DNA of 64,000 nt from an uncultured Candidatus Saccharibacteria bacterium (GCA_964608745.1 CAZSPC010000001.1:750-64749), one strand, 5' to 3'. Counted from the stretch's first letter, positions 38,484-49,114 are shown. Notes: generated by a model not told the origin, from the letters alone. Numbers and translations: made by a program.

Positions 38484-38889
38484 AGCGTTATAGCGTTTAG
38501 GGTTGTAGAAAATTTATGTATTCAAAATCTTTTAAACATTTACAAGTCTGGCAGAGATCAATAGAGCTGGTAAGAGAAGTTTATAAAATTACAGAAAGTT
38601 TTCCTAAGAACGAAACATACGGATTGGTGAGTCAGATGAGGAGATCGGCTGTTTCGATACCGTCAAATATTGCCGAGGGTTATAAAAGGAGAGGGCTCGG
38701 AGATTACATTCGTTTTTTAGGTGTATCTGAAGGCTCCTCTGCTGAGTTAGAAACCCAAATTATAATCTCTAGAGATTTATACAAGGAAATTAATTTTGCA
38801 AAAACCGAAGCTCTACTCGAAGAAGTTCAAAAAATGTTATTTGTTATGATTAAAAACCTAAACGCTAAACGCTAAACACTACAACCCTA
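38484..38889 (+). mobile_element. gene-carrying heptamer inverted-repeat element
   Basis: left arm agcgttatagcgtttagggttgtag 38484-38508; right arm aaacctaaacgctaaacgctaaacactacaacccta 38854-38889; encloses four-helix-bundle gene; mobility inferred only. Confidence 0.6.
38516..38875 (+). CDS. four-helix-bundle protein (23S rRNA IVS protein/bAvd-like)
   Basis: FKHLQVWQRS, FPKNETYGLVSQMRRSAVSIPSNIAEG, GSSAELETQ. Confidence 0.93.
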   Translation: MYSKSFKHLQVWQRSIELVREVYKITESFPKNETYGLVSQMRRSAVSIPSNIAEGYKRRGLGDYIRFLGVSEGSSAELETQIIISRDLYKEINFAKTEALLEEVQKMLFVMIKNLNAKR

Positions 38890-39494
38890 TGAATAGTGAT
38901 TTTATATTCGCAATACTAATTCTTATAATGTCCGTGGTAATCCACGAAGTCTCCCATGGCTATATGGCATATTATTTTGGTGATGTTACTGCAAAAATAG
39001 CAGGGCGTCTTACCCTAAATCCATTAAAACATCTTGATATGATGGGTTCGGTTATTGTGCCGACTATCGCTTTTTTGACAACAGGATTTATTTTTGGTTG
39101 GGCGAAACCTGTTCCGTACAATCCATACAATTTAAGGAACGCTAAGATAGGTGAACCAATGGTAGCTTTGGCAGGCCCTCTATCTAATTTTATTGTTGCT
39201 CTAATATTTGGGTTGCTTATTCGATTTGGTGTAATTCCAATGGAATTAATTACTCCTGCCAGTTTAATTGTTTTTATTAATATTCTTCTGGGGCTGTTTA
39301 ATCTTGTTCCGATTCCACCTCTGGATGGTTCAAAAATATTATTTGCAATTTTGCCATATAATATGAGTCATATTAGAGAATTTTTGGAGAGATATTATTT
39401 TATCCTCATTTTTGTTTTTATTTTCTTTCTCTGGAAATTTTTTATTCCGGTGATTTATGGAGTGTTTAGATTACTTACTGGAATTACATTTTAA
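38889..39494 (+). CDS. site-2 protease family (M50)
   Basis: HEVSH, GWAKPVP, NLVPIPPLDG. Confidence 0.94.
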   Translation: MNSDFIFAILILIMSVVIHEVSHGYMAYYFGDVTAKIAGRLTLNPLKHLDMMGSVIVPTIAFLTTGFIFGWAKPVPYNPYNLRNAKIGEPMVALAGPLSNFIVALIFGLLIRFGVIPMELITPASLIVFINILLGLFNLVPIPPLDGSKILFAILPYNMSHIREFLERYYFILIFVFIFFLWKFFIPVIYGVFRLLTGITF

Positions 39495-39546
39495 TTTTAT
39501 TTGCTTTTTTTGATCAAATATAGTAAATTAGTAGCACTTAAATTTA

Positions 39547-39623
39547 AGCGTTTAGCGATTAGCGTTTAGGGTTGTAGAGAACAAATTTTTACTATAACCC
39601 TAAACGCTAAGCCCTATACCCTA
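39547..39623 (+). repeat. heptamer inverted-repeat element before rpsL (reduced core)
   Basis: agcgtttagcgattagcgtttagggttgtag..ctataaccctaaacgctaagcccta. Confidence 0.92.
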
Positions 39624-39628
39624 ATTTT

Positions 39629-40036
39629 ATGTCAACAGTAAATCAGTTGGTAAAAAAGAAAAGAAAGAAGATTATTAAAAAGCCAAAGGCGATTGCTCTT
39701 AGGCGTGGCTTTAATAATGAAAAAAATAAACCAATAACTTATCCGTCTCCGTTTAAAAGAGGTGTGTGTACAAAGGTAACAACAAAGACTCCGACAAAGC
39801 CTAACTCAGCTGTGCGAAAAATTGCCAGAGTAAGACTTACAAACGGAATGGAGGTTACTGCGTATATCCCGGGAATGGGACACACTCTTCAAGAACACTC
39901 TGTTGTGGTGCTTAGAGGAGGTCGTGTTAAGGATGTTGGAATTCGATATACAATTGTACGAGGAAAATTAGATGCGACAGGAGTTGAAGATAGAAAACAG
40001 GGTAGATCGCGCTATGGAACAAAGCGACCAAAATAA
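39629..40036 (+). CDS. rpsL: 30S ribosomal protein S12
   Basis: [21 protein letters not shown]. Confidence 0.98.
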   Translation: MSTVNQLVKKKRKKIIKKPKAIALRRGFNNEKNKPITYPSPFKRGVCTKVTTKTPTKPNSAVRKIARVRLTNGMEVTAYIPGMGHTLQEHSVVVLRGGRVKDVGIRYTIVRGKLDATGVEDRKQGRSRYGTKRPK

Positions 40037-40039
40037 TTA

Positions 40040-40163
40040 GAATTTTCCCAGAATTAGCGACCTTCGTTTCTTTTTCCTCAAATTTTTGTTCACCGTATTG
40101 CTATACGGCTCACGAAAATTTTTCGAAAAAATAAACGAATCTCATCTAATTCTGAAAAAATTC
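40040..40163 (+). repeat. long-hairpin element (family B) after rpsL
   Basis: cagaattagcga..ttcaccgtattgctatacggctca..tcatctaattctg. Confidence 0.85.
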
Positions 40164-40226
40164 ATATTTTTGAAATTATTTATAATTTACTAAAAACTAA
40201 AAACTATTTAACTAAAAACTAACGCT

Positions 40227-40697
40227 ATGCGTCGTCCAATCAAAGATAAAAGAAATATCCAGCCAGACCGAGTGTATAATTCGTTGGTTGTTGAGCGATT
40301 TATAAACTATCTTATGCTTGATGGTAAAAAATCAGTTGCCCGAAAGGTGGTGTATGATGCAATGGATATCATCAAGGAAAAAGCAAAAGTAAAAGATCCG
40401 ATGGAAGTATTCAATGGAGCTATCAAAAATGCAGGACCAATTATGGAAGTAAAATCTCGAAGAATTGGAGGGGCAAATTATCAGGTGCCTATTCAAGTTA
40501 AGGAGGATCGAAAACTATCACTTGCGATGCGATGGATTTTAGAAGCAGCGAGAGCAAAAAAAGGAACATCAATGAGTGAAAGATTAGCAGAAGAATTAAT
40601 TCAAGCTAATAACAAAGAAGGGGAGGTGATTAAGAAAAGAGAAAATGTTCACAAGATGGCGGAAGCGAATAAAGCCTTTGCCCACTTCGCTTGGTAA
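40227..40697 (+). CDS. rpsG: 30S ribosomal protein S7
   Basis: SRRIGGANYQVP, HKMAEANKAFAHF. Confidence 0.98.
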   Translation: MRRPIKDKRNIQPDRVYNSLVVERFINYLMLDGKKSVARKVVYDAMDIIKEKAKVKDPMEVFNGAIKNAGPIMEVKSRRIGGANYQVPIQVKEDRKLSLAMRWILEAARAKKGTSMSERLAEELIQANNKEGEVIKKRENVHKMAEANKAFAHFAW

Positions 40698-40833
40698 AAT
40701 TATTCCAAAACTAGCGATATTCGTTCCTTTTTTCTCAAATTTCCGTTCACCTTATTCTAACCTTATTCTAAGATAAGGCTCACGAAAATTTTTCGAAAAA
40801 ATAAACGAATTTCATCTAGTTTTGAAATAATTT
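40697..40833 (+). repeat. long-hairpin element (family B) after rpsG
   Basis: caaaactagcga..tcatctagttttg. Confidence 0.85.
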
Positions 40834-40881
40834 AAAAATTTTCAAAAAAATTAAAAAATTAAAAATTCTAAATTAAAAACT

Positions 40882-43032
40882 ATGAGTCGTGATTATCCAC
40901 TAGAAAAAGTCCGAAATATCGGAATTATTGCCCACATTGATGCGGGTAAAACAACTGTGTCTGAAAGAGTTCTTTTCTACACAGGACTTTCACATAAAAT
41001 TGGAGAAGTTCACGATGGTGATGCCACCATGGACTGGATGGAACAAGAGCAAGAGAGAGGTATTACTATTACTTCAGCTGCTACCACTACATTTTGGACT
41101 CCAACATATGATCCAACAAACACAGATCTAAAACACAGATTTAATATTATCGACACTCCAGGTCACGTTGACTTTACCGCAGAGGTGGAAAGGTCTCTTA
41201 AAGTGCTTGATGGTGGTGTTGTTGTTTTTGATGGTGTAGCGGGTGTGGAATCTCAATCTGAAACTGTTTGGCGACAAGCTGACAAATACAATGTTCCAAG
41301 AATTTGTTTTATTAATAAATTAGACCGAACAGGCGCATCATTCGAAAGATCTTTCAAATCTATCTTGGATAGACTTACACCAAATGCTGTGCGAGCTCAA
41401 CTTCCAATTAAAGAAGAGGGTGACCACGAAGGGGTAGTAGACTTGTTAACTATGAAGGCTTATTACTTCGAAGGGGAGATGGGTAAAGATGTTATTGAAA
41501 AAGATATACCAGAAGAAATGAAAGCTGACGTAGAAAAATATAGAGGAGAATTGATTGAAAAAATTGTGGAAAATGACGAAGAATTGATGAATGAATATTT
41601 GGAAGGAAATGAAATTCCATTGGATAAACTAAAAACAATTTTGAGAAAAGCTGTTATTGCCCTTGATATTGTTCCTGTTTATACAGGTTCAGCTTTGAAA
41701 AACAAGGGCGTGCAAAAACTTCTTGACGCTGTTGTTGATTATCTTCCTTCACCACTTGATATTCCTCCTGTAAAAGGAATTGATGCAAAAACAGAGGAAG
41801 AAGTAGAAAGAAAAGCATCCGATGAAGAACCGTTTTCAGCACTTGCTTTCAAATTACAAACTGATCCATTTGTGGGACAACTTACATTTTTCCGAGTTTA
41901 CTCTGGAACAGTAGAAGCTGGCTCATATATTTACAATTCAACAACTGGTAATAAAGAGAGACTAGGACGAATTCTGCGGATGCATTCAAACGAAAGAGAA
42001 GAGGTGAAGAAAGTTTATGCTGGTGAAATTGCAGCTGCCGTTGGGTTGAAAGATACAAAAACATCAGATACTTTGTGTGATGAAAATAATCCGGTAATTT
42101 TGGAGAAAATCGAATTTATGAAACCGGTTGTTTCTGTTCGAATTGAACCAAAGACCAAAGCTGACCAAGAAAAAATGGGTATTGCTTTGAAAAAACTTTC
42201 AGATGAAGATCCAACTTTCACAATTTCTACTGATGAAGAAACTCTGGAAACTATTATTTCAGGAATGGGTGAGCTTCACCTGGAAGTTTTGGTTGATCGA
42301 ATGAAAAGAGAATTCAATGTTGAAGCTAATATTGGAAAACCACAAGTAGCTTATCGAGAAACTATTCAAAATCCATCAGAAGCAGAAGTAAAATATGTAA
42401 AACAATCAGGAGGTCGTGGACAATATGGTCATGTGAAAATTAAAATTAAACCTCTTGATAAACTTACTGAGGAAGAAGAAAAGAATCTACCAAAAAATAC
42501 CAAGAGGTCAGAAGGAGGAATGGAGTTTGTTAATAGTATTAAAGGTGGTGTTATTCCACAAGAATATATTCCAGCTTGTGAAAAGGGAATAAAAGAAGGA
42601 ATGGAAAGGGGAGTTGTTGCTGGATATAAAATGGTAGATATTTCAACTGATTTATATGATGGTACATATCACGATGTTGACTCATCAGAAATTGCTTTCA
42701 AAATCGCTGCATCACAAGCTTTCCAAGAAGCTGCTAAAAAGGCTAACCCAGTATTATTGGAGCCGATTATGAAAGTTGAAGTTGTTACTCCGGAAGAGTT
42801 TATGGGTGATGTGAATGGAAACCTAAGCTCAAAGAGAGGGCAAATTGACTCAATGGAAGATAGGGGGGGAAATAAAGTAATCAATGCCAAAGTACCTCTA
42901 TCGGAAATGTTTGGTTATACTACAACACTGCGGTCAATGACAGAGGGTCGAGCAAATGCAACAATGGAATTTGATCATTATGCGACGGTTCCGGCTAATG
43001 TGGCACAAGAAATAATTGAGTCTAGAAAATAA
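40882..43032 (+). CDS. fusA: elongation factor G
   Basis: [32 protein letters not shown]. Confidence 0.99.
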   Translation: MSRDYPLEKVRNIGIIAHIDAGKTTVSERVLFYTGLSHKIGEVHDGDATMDWMEQEQERGITITSAATTTFWTPTYDPTNTDLKHRFNIIDTPGHVDFTAEVERSLKVLDGGVVVFDGVAGVESQSETVWRQADKYNVPRICFINKLDRTGASFERSFKSILDRLTPNAVRAQLPIKEEGDHEGVVDLLTMKAYYFEGEMGKDVIEKDIPEEMKADVEKYRGELIEKIVENDEELMNEYLEGNEIPLDKLKTILRKAVIALDIVPVYTGSALKNKGVQKLLDAVVDYLPSPLDIPPVKGIDAKTEEEVERKASDEEPFSALAFKLQTDPFVGQLTFFRVYSGTVEAGSYIYNSTTGNKERLGRILRMHSNEREEVKKVYAGEIAAAVGLKDTKTSDTLCDENNPVILEKIEFMKPVVSVRIEPKTKADQEKMGIALKKLSDEDPTFTISTDEETLETIISGMGELHLEVLVDRMKREFNVEANIGKPQVAYRETIQNPSEAEVKYVKQSGGRGQYGHVKIKIKPLDKLTEEEEKNLPKNTKRSEGGMEFVNSIKGGVIPQEYIPACEKGIKEGMERGVVAGYKMVDISTDLYDGTYHDVDSSEIAFKIAASQAFQEAAKKANPVLLEPIMKVEVVTPEEFMGDVNGNLSSKRGQIDSMEDRGGNKVINAKVPLSEMFGYTTTLRSMTEGRANATMEFDHYATVPANVAQEIIESRK

Positions 43033-43296
43033 AAATCTTCAAGCAAAGCCAGGCTTTTAGTTCGTAGAACCAGCCTGGCTTTTAGCTTGAGATTTTTATT
43101 TTCAATTACTCATCTTTAAATTTTAGTAACCTAGTTACCGGGTAACCCAAGAAAAACGGTTTTTTATTTTGTCTTATTTTCTTTTTTTTGATTATCTAGT
43201 ATTAAGTAGTAAGGTGTAAGTAATAAGTTTTCTTTTTGATTTTTCAATGGTCCGTCAGCTGACGGACCATTGAATTTTTTGTGTTAAAATAAACTT

Positions 43297-43866
43297 ATGA
43301 AAACAGCAATAATTTTACATGGGATGACTGTGTCAAAGGAAAGATATTTTGATCCAGATACCGAAGTCAAATCTAATAAGAATTGGTTACCTTGGATACA
43401 AAAACAATTACTTATTAATAATATTTTAGCTCAGGCAATTGAATTACCAAAACCTTACGAACCGGTTTATGAAGATTGGAAAAAAGTTTTTGAACAATTT
43501 AATATTGATGAAGAGACTATATTGATAGGACATAGTTGTGGGGCTGGTTTTTTAATTAGATGGTTGAGTGAAAATGATATAAAAGTTGGTAAGGTTGCTT
43601 TAGTTGCTCCATATTTAGGTTTGAACGGAATGGTTAAGTCAGATTTTTTTAATTTTGAAATAGATCCAAATGTTCCAGAGAGGACAAAAGGGTTGTTTGT
43701 GTTTTATTCTGATAACGACAAGGATCACACATTAGGAAGTGTAGATATATTGAAGAAGAATTTTAAAGGAGCAAAATTTATTGAATTAAAAGGTAGAGGA
43801 CACTTTATTTTAAAACATATGGGAACAAGAGAATTCCCAGAATTACGAGATGTTTTGTTAAAATAA
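43297..43866 (+). CDS. alpha/beta hydrolase (RBBP9/YdeN-like)
   Basis: NWLPW, GHSCG, SDND, GRGHF. Confidence 0.85.
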   Translation: MKTAIILHGMTVSKERYFDPDTEVKSNKNWLPWIQKQLLINNILAQAIELPKPYEPVYEDWKKVFEQFNIDEETILIGHSCGAGFLIRWLSENDIKVGKVALVAPYLGLNGMVKSDFFNFEIDPNVPERTKGLFVFYSDNDKDHTLGSVDILKKNFKGAKFIELKGRGHFILKHMGTREFPELRDVLLK

Positions 43867-43876
43867 AATTTTATTT

Positions 43877-43993
43877 ATCCTGTTAGAGATGTTGGGTTGT
43901 ATTCTCCGGGAAAGTGGTAAAGTATATATATTGAAAACATTACAAATTTAATTTATAAGATACGGAAACTTTGTTTCCTATCTCTAACGGGAT
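43877..43993 (+). mobile_element. MITE-like element with ATCCYGTTAGAGAT terminal inverted repeats
   Basis: atcctgttagagat...atctctaacgggat; homologous to 8517-8634. Confidence 0.7.
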
Positions 43994-44462
43994 GAAAATA
44001 AGAAAAGCAACAATTAAAGATTTGGAGACAATTCAAAAACTTAACACGAAACTTTGTACAAAAGAATGTGAAGAATTTGATGGCACTTTGGTTCCCGATT
44101 ATCCTCTTACCGAAGAAGTAAAAGGTAAGCTTGAAAAACGTATTTTAGGTGATCTTTCTGCTGTTTTTGTTGTGGAAGTTGAGAATAAAATAATAGGATA
44201 TATTGTTGGTGGTATACAAAAGGATGAAAATTATAGAAATGTAAAAAATATTTGTGGATTGGGGGGTTTTTGGGTTGATGAGGAATATAGAAATGAAGGT
44301 GTTGGCAGCAAATTATTCGAAGAATTTCAAAGATGGTGTGAAAATAAAGATACTTCTAGATTACAAGTAACAGTTTCATCCCAAAATCTAAAAGCAATAA
44401 AATTTTATAAAAAAGAAGGTTTTGAAAAATACGATGTTGTTTTGGAGAAAGTTTTAAAATAA
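43992..44462 (+). CDS. GNAT family N-acetyltransferase
   Basis: MKIRKATIKD, VDEEYRNEGVGSKL, AIKFYKKEGF. Confidence 0.9.
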   Translation: MKIRKATIKDLETIQKLNTKLCTKECEEFDGTLVPDYPLTEEVKGKLEKRILGDLSAVFVVEVENKIIGYIVGGIQKDENYRNVKNICGLGGFWVDEEYRNEGVGSKLFEEFQRWCENKDTSRLQVTVSSQNLKAIKFYKKEGFEKYDVVLEKVLK

Positions 44463-44465
44463 AAA

Positions 44466-44762
44466 ATGTTTTCAATATTAATTTACATTTTAATAGGGGT
44501 GGGTATTGGATTTTTGGTTTGGGGTTTTGTTGGTGGGAGTAGTGATGAGAAAAAAGAAGTATGTTTGAATGGTGAAGAAAAACGAGAAGAAAAGATTTTA
44601 GAATTTTTAGATAGAGAAGGGAAAATAACAAATAATCAAATTGAAGAAATGTTGGGTGTATCGGATACTTCGGTTGGAAGATATTTAGACGAATTGGAAA
44701 GAAAGGGGAAAATAAAACAAATCGGAAAAACAGGAAAAAGTGTCTATTACATCAAGAAATAG
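44466..44762 (+). CDS. membrane-anchored winged-helix protein
   Basis: N-terminal TM; ITNNQIEEMLGVSDTSVGRYLDELE..G. Confidence 0.75.
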   Translation: MFSILIYILIGVGIGFLVWGFVGGSSDEKKEVCLNGEEKREEKILEFLDREGKITNNQIEEMLGVSDTSVGRYLDELERKGKIKQIGKTGKSVYYIKK

Positions 44763-44793
44763 TATAAATAATACTAAAAAACTACATCTCCGA

Positions 44794-44958
44794 ATTATTG
44801 GAATTAAGGGTACGATAGTACCCTTAATTCCAATATGAAGTTAAAATTACTTTGGTACATTAAGAACCGATAGTTTCTTAATGTACCATATACAAAATTA
44901 AATTTTAGGATAAGGCTCAACATAGCCAACCCAAACGCCCCACGGGTGGGGCGTTTGG
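44794..44958. repeat. cluster of short palindromes
   Basis: tattggaattaagggtac-gata-gtacccttaattccaata; tggtacattaagaa/ttcttaatgtacca; ccaaacgcccca/tggggcgtttgg. Confidence 0.7.
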
Positions 44959-45031
44959 ATTTTAATTGAACAAGTTAGTTTTTAGGGCTATAATTTAATT
45001 ATATTTATTACTAACTTAATTTTTTAAAAAA

Positions 45032-45718
45032 ATGGAAAATAAAAATTTAATCGGGGGAGCTGTTATTTTGGTTATAATCATTGTTGCGGTTGTTGTTTTT
45101 TCTGGAAATGACAAAGGTTTGGGGGGAAATAACATTTTTAATAAAGGGGGAAATTCCGGAACCCTTAAAGATTTTATGTCTGGTGTTATGGGTACTAATA
45201 TTTCCTGTGATTTTGGGCAGAAGATTGGTTTAGACAACGAATTAAAAGTGAAAACTTACATTGCAGGTGAAAAAGTGCGAGTTGATTATAAAATGAAAAA
45301 ACCGATTGAAGAAGGGCTTTCCGAGTGGCAAGATATGTACATTATTTCTGATGGAGAGTACACATATATTTGGGGAGACAGTCCTCTGGGAGGGGTGATG
45401 CAAGGAATGAAAATAAAACAAGAAGATTTTCAAGAGGAGGGTGAAAATGAGAATGTTCCGGTGGGCATGATTGATTACGAAACCCCGTTATCAAATTGTA
45501 ATAAGTGGTCTGTTGACAACAAAATGTTTGAAATTCCCAATGACATACAATTTTTTGATCCAACTAATATGATGGATATGATGTTTCAAGGAATGGGTAT
45601 ACCAGAGGAGATGGAGGTATCAGAAGAAGGAAGCATGGGTGAGGGAATAGATTGTTCTGTTTGTGATCAGTTACCAGTAGGACAAAAAGAAAGTTGCCTG
45701 CAAGCAATGGGGTGTTAG
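45032..45718 (+). CDS. hypothetical exported protein, C-terminal CxxC..C..C
   Basis: N-terminal TM; DGEYTYIW; DCSVCDQLP..CLQAMGC. Confidence 0.75.
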   Translation: MENKNLIGGAVILVIIIVAVVVFSGNDKGLGGNNIFNKGGNSGTLKDFMSGVMGTNISCDFGQKIGLDNELKVKTYIAGEKVRVDYKMKKPIEEGLSEWQDMYIISDGEYTYIWGDSPLGGVMQGMKIKQEDFQEEGENENVPVGMIDYETPLSNCNKWSVDNKMFEIPNDIQFFDPTNMMDMMFQGMGIPEEMEVSEEGSMGEGIDCSVCDQLPVGQKESCLQAMGC

Positions 45719-45864
45719 TTTGGGGGAAATAAAACGAAAAAACCACAATTTACAATTAGTTTATAAATTGTGGTTTTTTGTTGACTTTTTTATTGTAAAA
45801 GATTGGTCTGTGGTGTAGGTAGTATGTAGGAGTAAATACAAAAAATGAAAATAAGGAGAATATT

Positions 45865-46374
45865 ATGAGAGGAAGTATTATTGAGGGGTTAGCACTTGCA
45901 GATATGAAAATATTGGATGATGAATTGCGTTCAATTTTAAACTCAGAGGAACATCCGGGTTGTCTTTCTTGGATAAGTGAAAAAATGTCAGTTTTGGTTG
46001 TTTGTCATTTGGAATTGGATGAGTTTTCAAAACAAGTCGAAGAAATTGAAAATCTTGGTTTTCAATCGCCTTGGGATTTGCGCATTGTTAACGGTTGTTG
46101 TGGTGTGTTGTATGGTTGGGGAACATTTCTTTTTTCTCCTACCCCTAATAAATATACTTTAGAAAATCTTATTTCAATTTATCAAAATTCTGATTTTATT
46201 ATAAAGAAAGGGAATACTCATCTCGAAGCTGAAACGGCAGATATTGGTAAAATGATAATGTTTGCCGAAAAAATGTGGGGAGCAGGTTATATTCTTGTAA
46301 GTGGGATTAAACCGACAGAATACATAAGTGAAGATAACTGGCTTGTGAAAACGAGGTTTAGGCTATCTCAATAA
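45865..46374 (+). CDS. hypothetical protein
   Basis: AAGGAG RBS; terminator ~46399-46426. Confidence 0.65.
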   Translation: MRGSIIEGLALADMKILDDELRSILNSEEHPGCLSWISEKMSVLVVCHLELDEFSKQVEEIENLGFQSPWDLRIVNGCCGVLYGWGTFLFSPTPNKYTLENLISIYQNSDFIIKKGNTHLEAETADIGKMIMFAEKMWGAGYILVSGIKPTEYISEDNWLVKTRFRLSQ

Positions 46375-46553
46375 ATTTGTTTTGAACAAATATCACCAAA
46401 CACCGAGTCATTAGACTCGGTGTTTTTATTTAGATTTTTTAGTTGACTATTATTTCCGTTCTGTTATTATATTGGGATAATGCTAATGGCATTCGTTTTT
46501 TGTATTTAACCGCCTTTTTGGGGTGTTAATATAAATTATTAGAAATAATTTAA

Positions 46554-46652
46554 AGCGTTTAGCGTCCAGCGTTTAGCGTTGTAGTGAACAAATTTTGCCT
46601 TTGGCAAAATTTGTTAAAACCTATAACCCTAAACGCTAAACGCTAAACCCTA
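46554..46652 (+). repeat. heptamer inverted-repeat element before tuf
   Basis: agcgtttagcgtccagcgtttagcgttgtag-aacaaattttgcctttggcaaaatttgtt-ctataaccctaaacgcta. Confidence 0.94.
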
Positions 46653-46662
46653 TAAAAAAATT

Positions 46663-47856
46663 ATGGCAGAAGAATTCAATAGAGATAAACCTCACGTAAA
46701 CGTGGGAACCATCGGTCACGTTGACCATGGTAAAACAACTCTTACTGCGGCAATTCTGCATGTTCTTGGTCTTGCTGGTCAAGAAACAAGCAAAAAAGGT
46801 GTTGATGAAATCGACAACGCCCCAGAAGAGAAAGAAAGAGGAATTACAATTGCTCTTTCTCACCAAGAGTATAGTACAGAAAATAGACACTATGCTCACG
46901 TTGATGCTCCCGGCCACGCCGACTACATCAAAAATATGATCACAGGTGCTGCTCAAATGGATGGTGCTATCCTTGTAGTAGCCGCTAACGACGGTGCGAT
47001 GCCTCAAACAAGAGAACATATCTTGTTGGCAAAGCAAGTTGGTGTACCTAAAATCATTGTATTCTTGAACAAGACAGACTTGGTAGATGATCAAGAAATG
47101 GTAGAGCTTGTTGAAGAAGAAGTAAAAGAAATGCTAACTCAATATGAGTTCGATGGAGAAAACACTCCATTTATTAAAGGTTCAGCTGTTAAAGCTCTTG
47201 AAGCATCATCAGTAGATGATGAATGGGCAAAACCAATTATTGAATTGGCAAAACAGTTGGATGAATACATCCCAGTTCCTGAAAGAGATACTGATAAGCC
47301 TTTCCTAATGCCTATCGAGGACATTTTCTCAATTGAAGGACGAGGAACTGTTTGTACAGGTAAAATCGAAAGAGGAATTGTTAAGGTTGGTGAAGATGTA
47401 GAAATTGTTGGTATTAAAGATACTGAAAAAACTACTGTTACCGGAGTTGAAATGTTCAACAAGTCTCTACAAGAAGGACAGGCTGGAGACAACGCTGGAA
47501 TTTTGATTCGAGGTATTAAAAAAGAAGATGTTCACAGAGGACAAGTTCTTTCAAAACCTGGAACAGTTACTCCACACACAGAATTCGAAGCAGAAGTATA
47601 TGTCTTGAAGAAAGAGGAAGGTGGACGACATACTCCGTTCTTCTCAGGTTATAAACCTCAGTTCTACATTCGAACAACTGATGTTACCGGAGAAGTAACA
47701 TTGGCAGAAGGAACTGAAATGGTTATGCCAGGAGATACCGCTGTATTTAAAGTAAAACTTCAAGCTCCTATTGCTCTTGAAGAACAACAAAGATTTGCTG
47801 TTCGAGAAGGGGGTAGAACTGTTGGAGCGGGGGTGGTTACAAAAATCACCGCTTAA
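46663..47856 (+). CDS. tuf: elongation factor Tu
   Basis: [27 protein letters not shown]. Confidence 0.99.
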   Translation: MAEEFNRDKPHVNVGTIGHVDHGKTTLTAAILHVLGLAGQETSKKGVDEIDNAPEEKERGITIALSHQEYSTENRHYAHVDAPGHADYIKNMITGAAQMDGAILVVAANDGAMPQTREHILLAKQVGVPKIIVFLNKTDLVDDQEMVELVEEEVKEMLTQYEFDGENTPFIKGSAVKALEASSVDDEWAKPIIELAKQLDEYIPVPERDTDKPFLMPIEDIFSIEGRGTVCTGKIERGIVKVGEDVEIVGIKDTEKTTVTGVEMFNKSLQEGQAGDNAGILIRGIKKEDVHRGQVLSKPGTVTPHTEFEAEVYVLKKEEGGRHTPFFSGYKPQFYIRTTDVTGEVTLAEGTEMVMPGDTAVFKVKLQAPIALEEQQRFAVREGGRTVGAGVVTKITA

Positions 47857-47857
47857 T

Positions 47858-47981
47858 AAATTATCCCAAAACTAGCGACCTTCGTTTCTTTTTTCTCAAA
47901 ATTCCGTTCACCGTATTGTTATACGACTCACGAAATTTTTTCAAAAAAAGAAACGAATCTCATCTAGTTTTGAAATAATTT
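47858..47981 (+). repeat. long-hairpin element (family B) after tuf
   Basis: caaaactagcgaccttcgtttc..gaaacgaatctcatctagttttg. Confidence 0.85.
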
Positions 47982-48179
47982 AAACAATTTATAGAGGTTA
48001 AAATTATTAAAAATTTTAACCTTACTAAGTGTCGCTTGTTCTCAGGCGACACCATAGTGAGGTTAAAGTTAGAGATTTTGATGTTTATGTCTGTTGAGTA
48101 TTCAACTAAAACACAAAATTAAAAACTTGTTTTTGTTTCCTCTTAAAAACAAAGACAAATATTACAATTAAATTATTTG

Positions 48180-48278
48180 AGCGTTTGGCGTATAGCATTT
48201 AGCGTTGTAGTGAACAAATTTTGCCAAAGGTAAAATTTGTTTAAACCTATAACCCTAAACGCTAAACCCTATACCCTA
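48180..48278 (+). repeat. heptamer inverted-repeat element before rpsJ
   Basis: paralogue of 46554 copy with loop gccaaaggt. Confidence 0.93.
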
Positions 48279-48283
48279 ATTTT

Positions 48284-48664
48284 ATGACTACTAAAAAAAC
48301 AACTACTAAAAAAGTAGCGAAAAAGACAACTAAAAAAGCTACCAAAAAAACCGAAGGAATCGGAAAACTTCGAATCCGAGTTTTTGCTTATGAGCACAAG
48401 CTACTTGATTCATCAATCAAGCAAATTATTGATACTGCTTTGCGATACGATGCAGAGATTTCAGGACCAATTCCACTTCCGACTCAAATCAAAAAATATA
48501 CAGTTAACCGATCAACTTTCGTACATAAAGATTCTCGTGAACAATACGAAATGAGAGTACATCGAAGACTAATTGATATTCTTAATCCTTCAGCTAAGAT
48601 TATTGAGGCGTTGACGAATTTAAGTTTACCGTCAGGAGTATCTATCGATGTAAAAGTAATGTAA
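48284..48664 (+). CDS. rpsJ: 30S ribosomal protein S10 (Lys/Thr-rich N-extension)
   Basis: GPIPLPT, KDSREQYEMRVHRRLIDI. Confidence 0.97.
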   Translation: MTTKKTTTKKVAKKTTKKATKKTEGIGKLRIRVFAYEHKLLDSSIKQIIDTALRYDAEISGPIPLPTQIKKYTVNRSTFVHKDSREQYEMRVHRRLIDILNPSAKIIEALTNLSLPSGVSIDVKVM

Positions 48665-48666
48665 TT

Positions 48667-48792
48667 AAATTTTTCCAGAATTGGCGAATTTCGCTTTTGT
48701 TTCGGCAAGAATTTCAGTCGTAGTATTTGGTTATACAACTTCTTCAATTCTCACCAAAACAAAAGCGAACTTCATCCAATTCTGAAAAAATT
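48667..48792 (+). repeat. long-hairpin element (family B) after rpsJ
   Basis: cagaattggcgaatttcgcttttgttt..aaacaaaagcgaacttcatccaattctg. Confidence 0.85.
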
Positions 48793-49114
48793 GAAAATTG
48801 AATTTAATTTCGAAAAAATAAAAAATTCAGAAGCAAGGCTTCTGAATTTTTTGTTTTTTCACTATCTTTTCTATCTTTCGTCTTTGCGATCCGTCAGCCG
48901 ACGGATTCATAATCCGTCAGCCGACGGAGAAGCAATCCAGTCGCAGGTATCGCCAGGGCGAACCCAAAATTCTCTTACTCCTTATTCCTAGAAATTTCAG
49001 CCTCAACTGAAATTTCCTTGACTTCTATTTGACATTAAATTATAGTAATTGCAGAATTTTGAATTGTAAAAGATGAGTAAATTAAAAACAAAATAATAAA
49101 AAAGGAGGTTGGTT

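Noticed and set aside
46636-47492. Antisense and alternate-frame ORFs over tuf, fusA, rplB, secY and the large surface genes
   Set aside because: Shadow ORFs of well-supported genes with no recognisable motifs.
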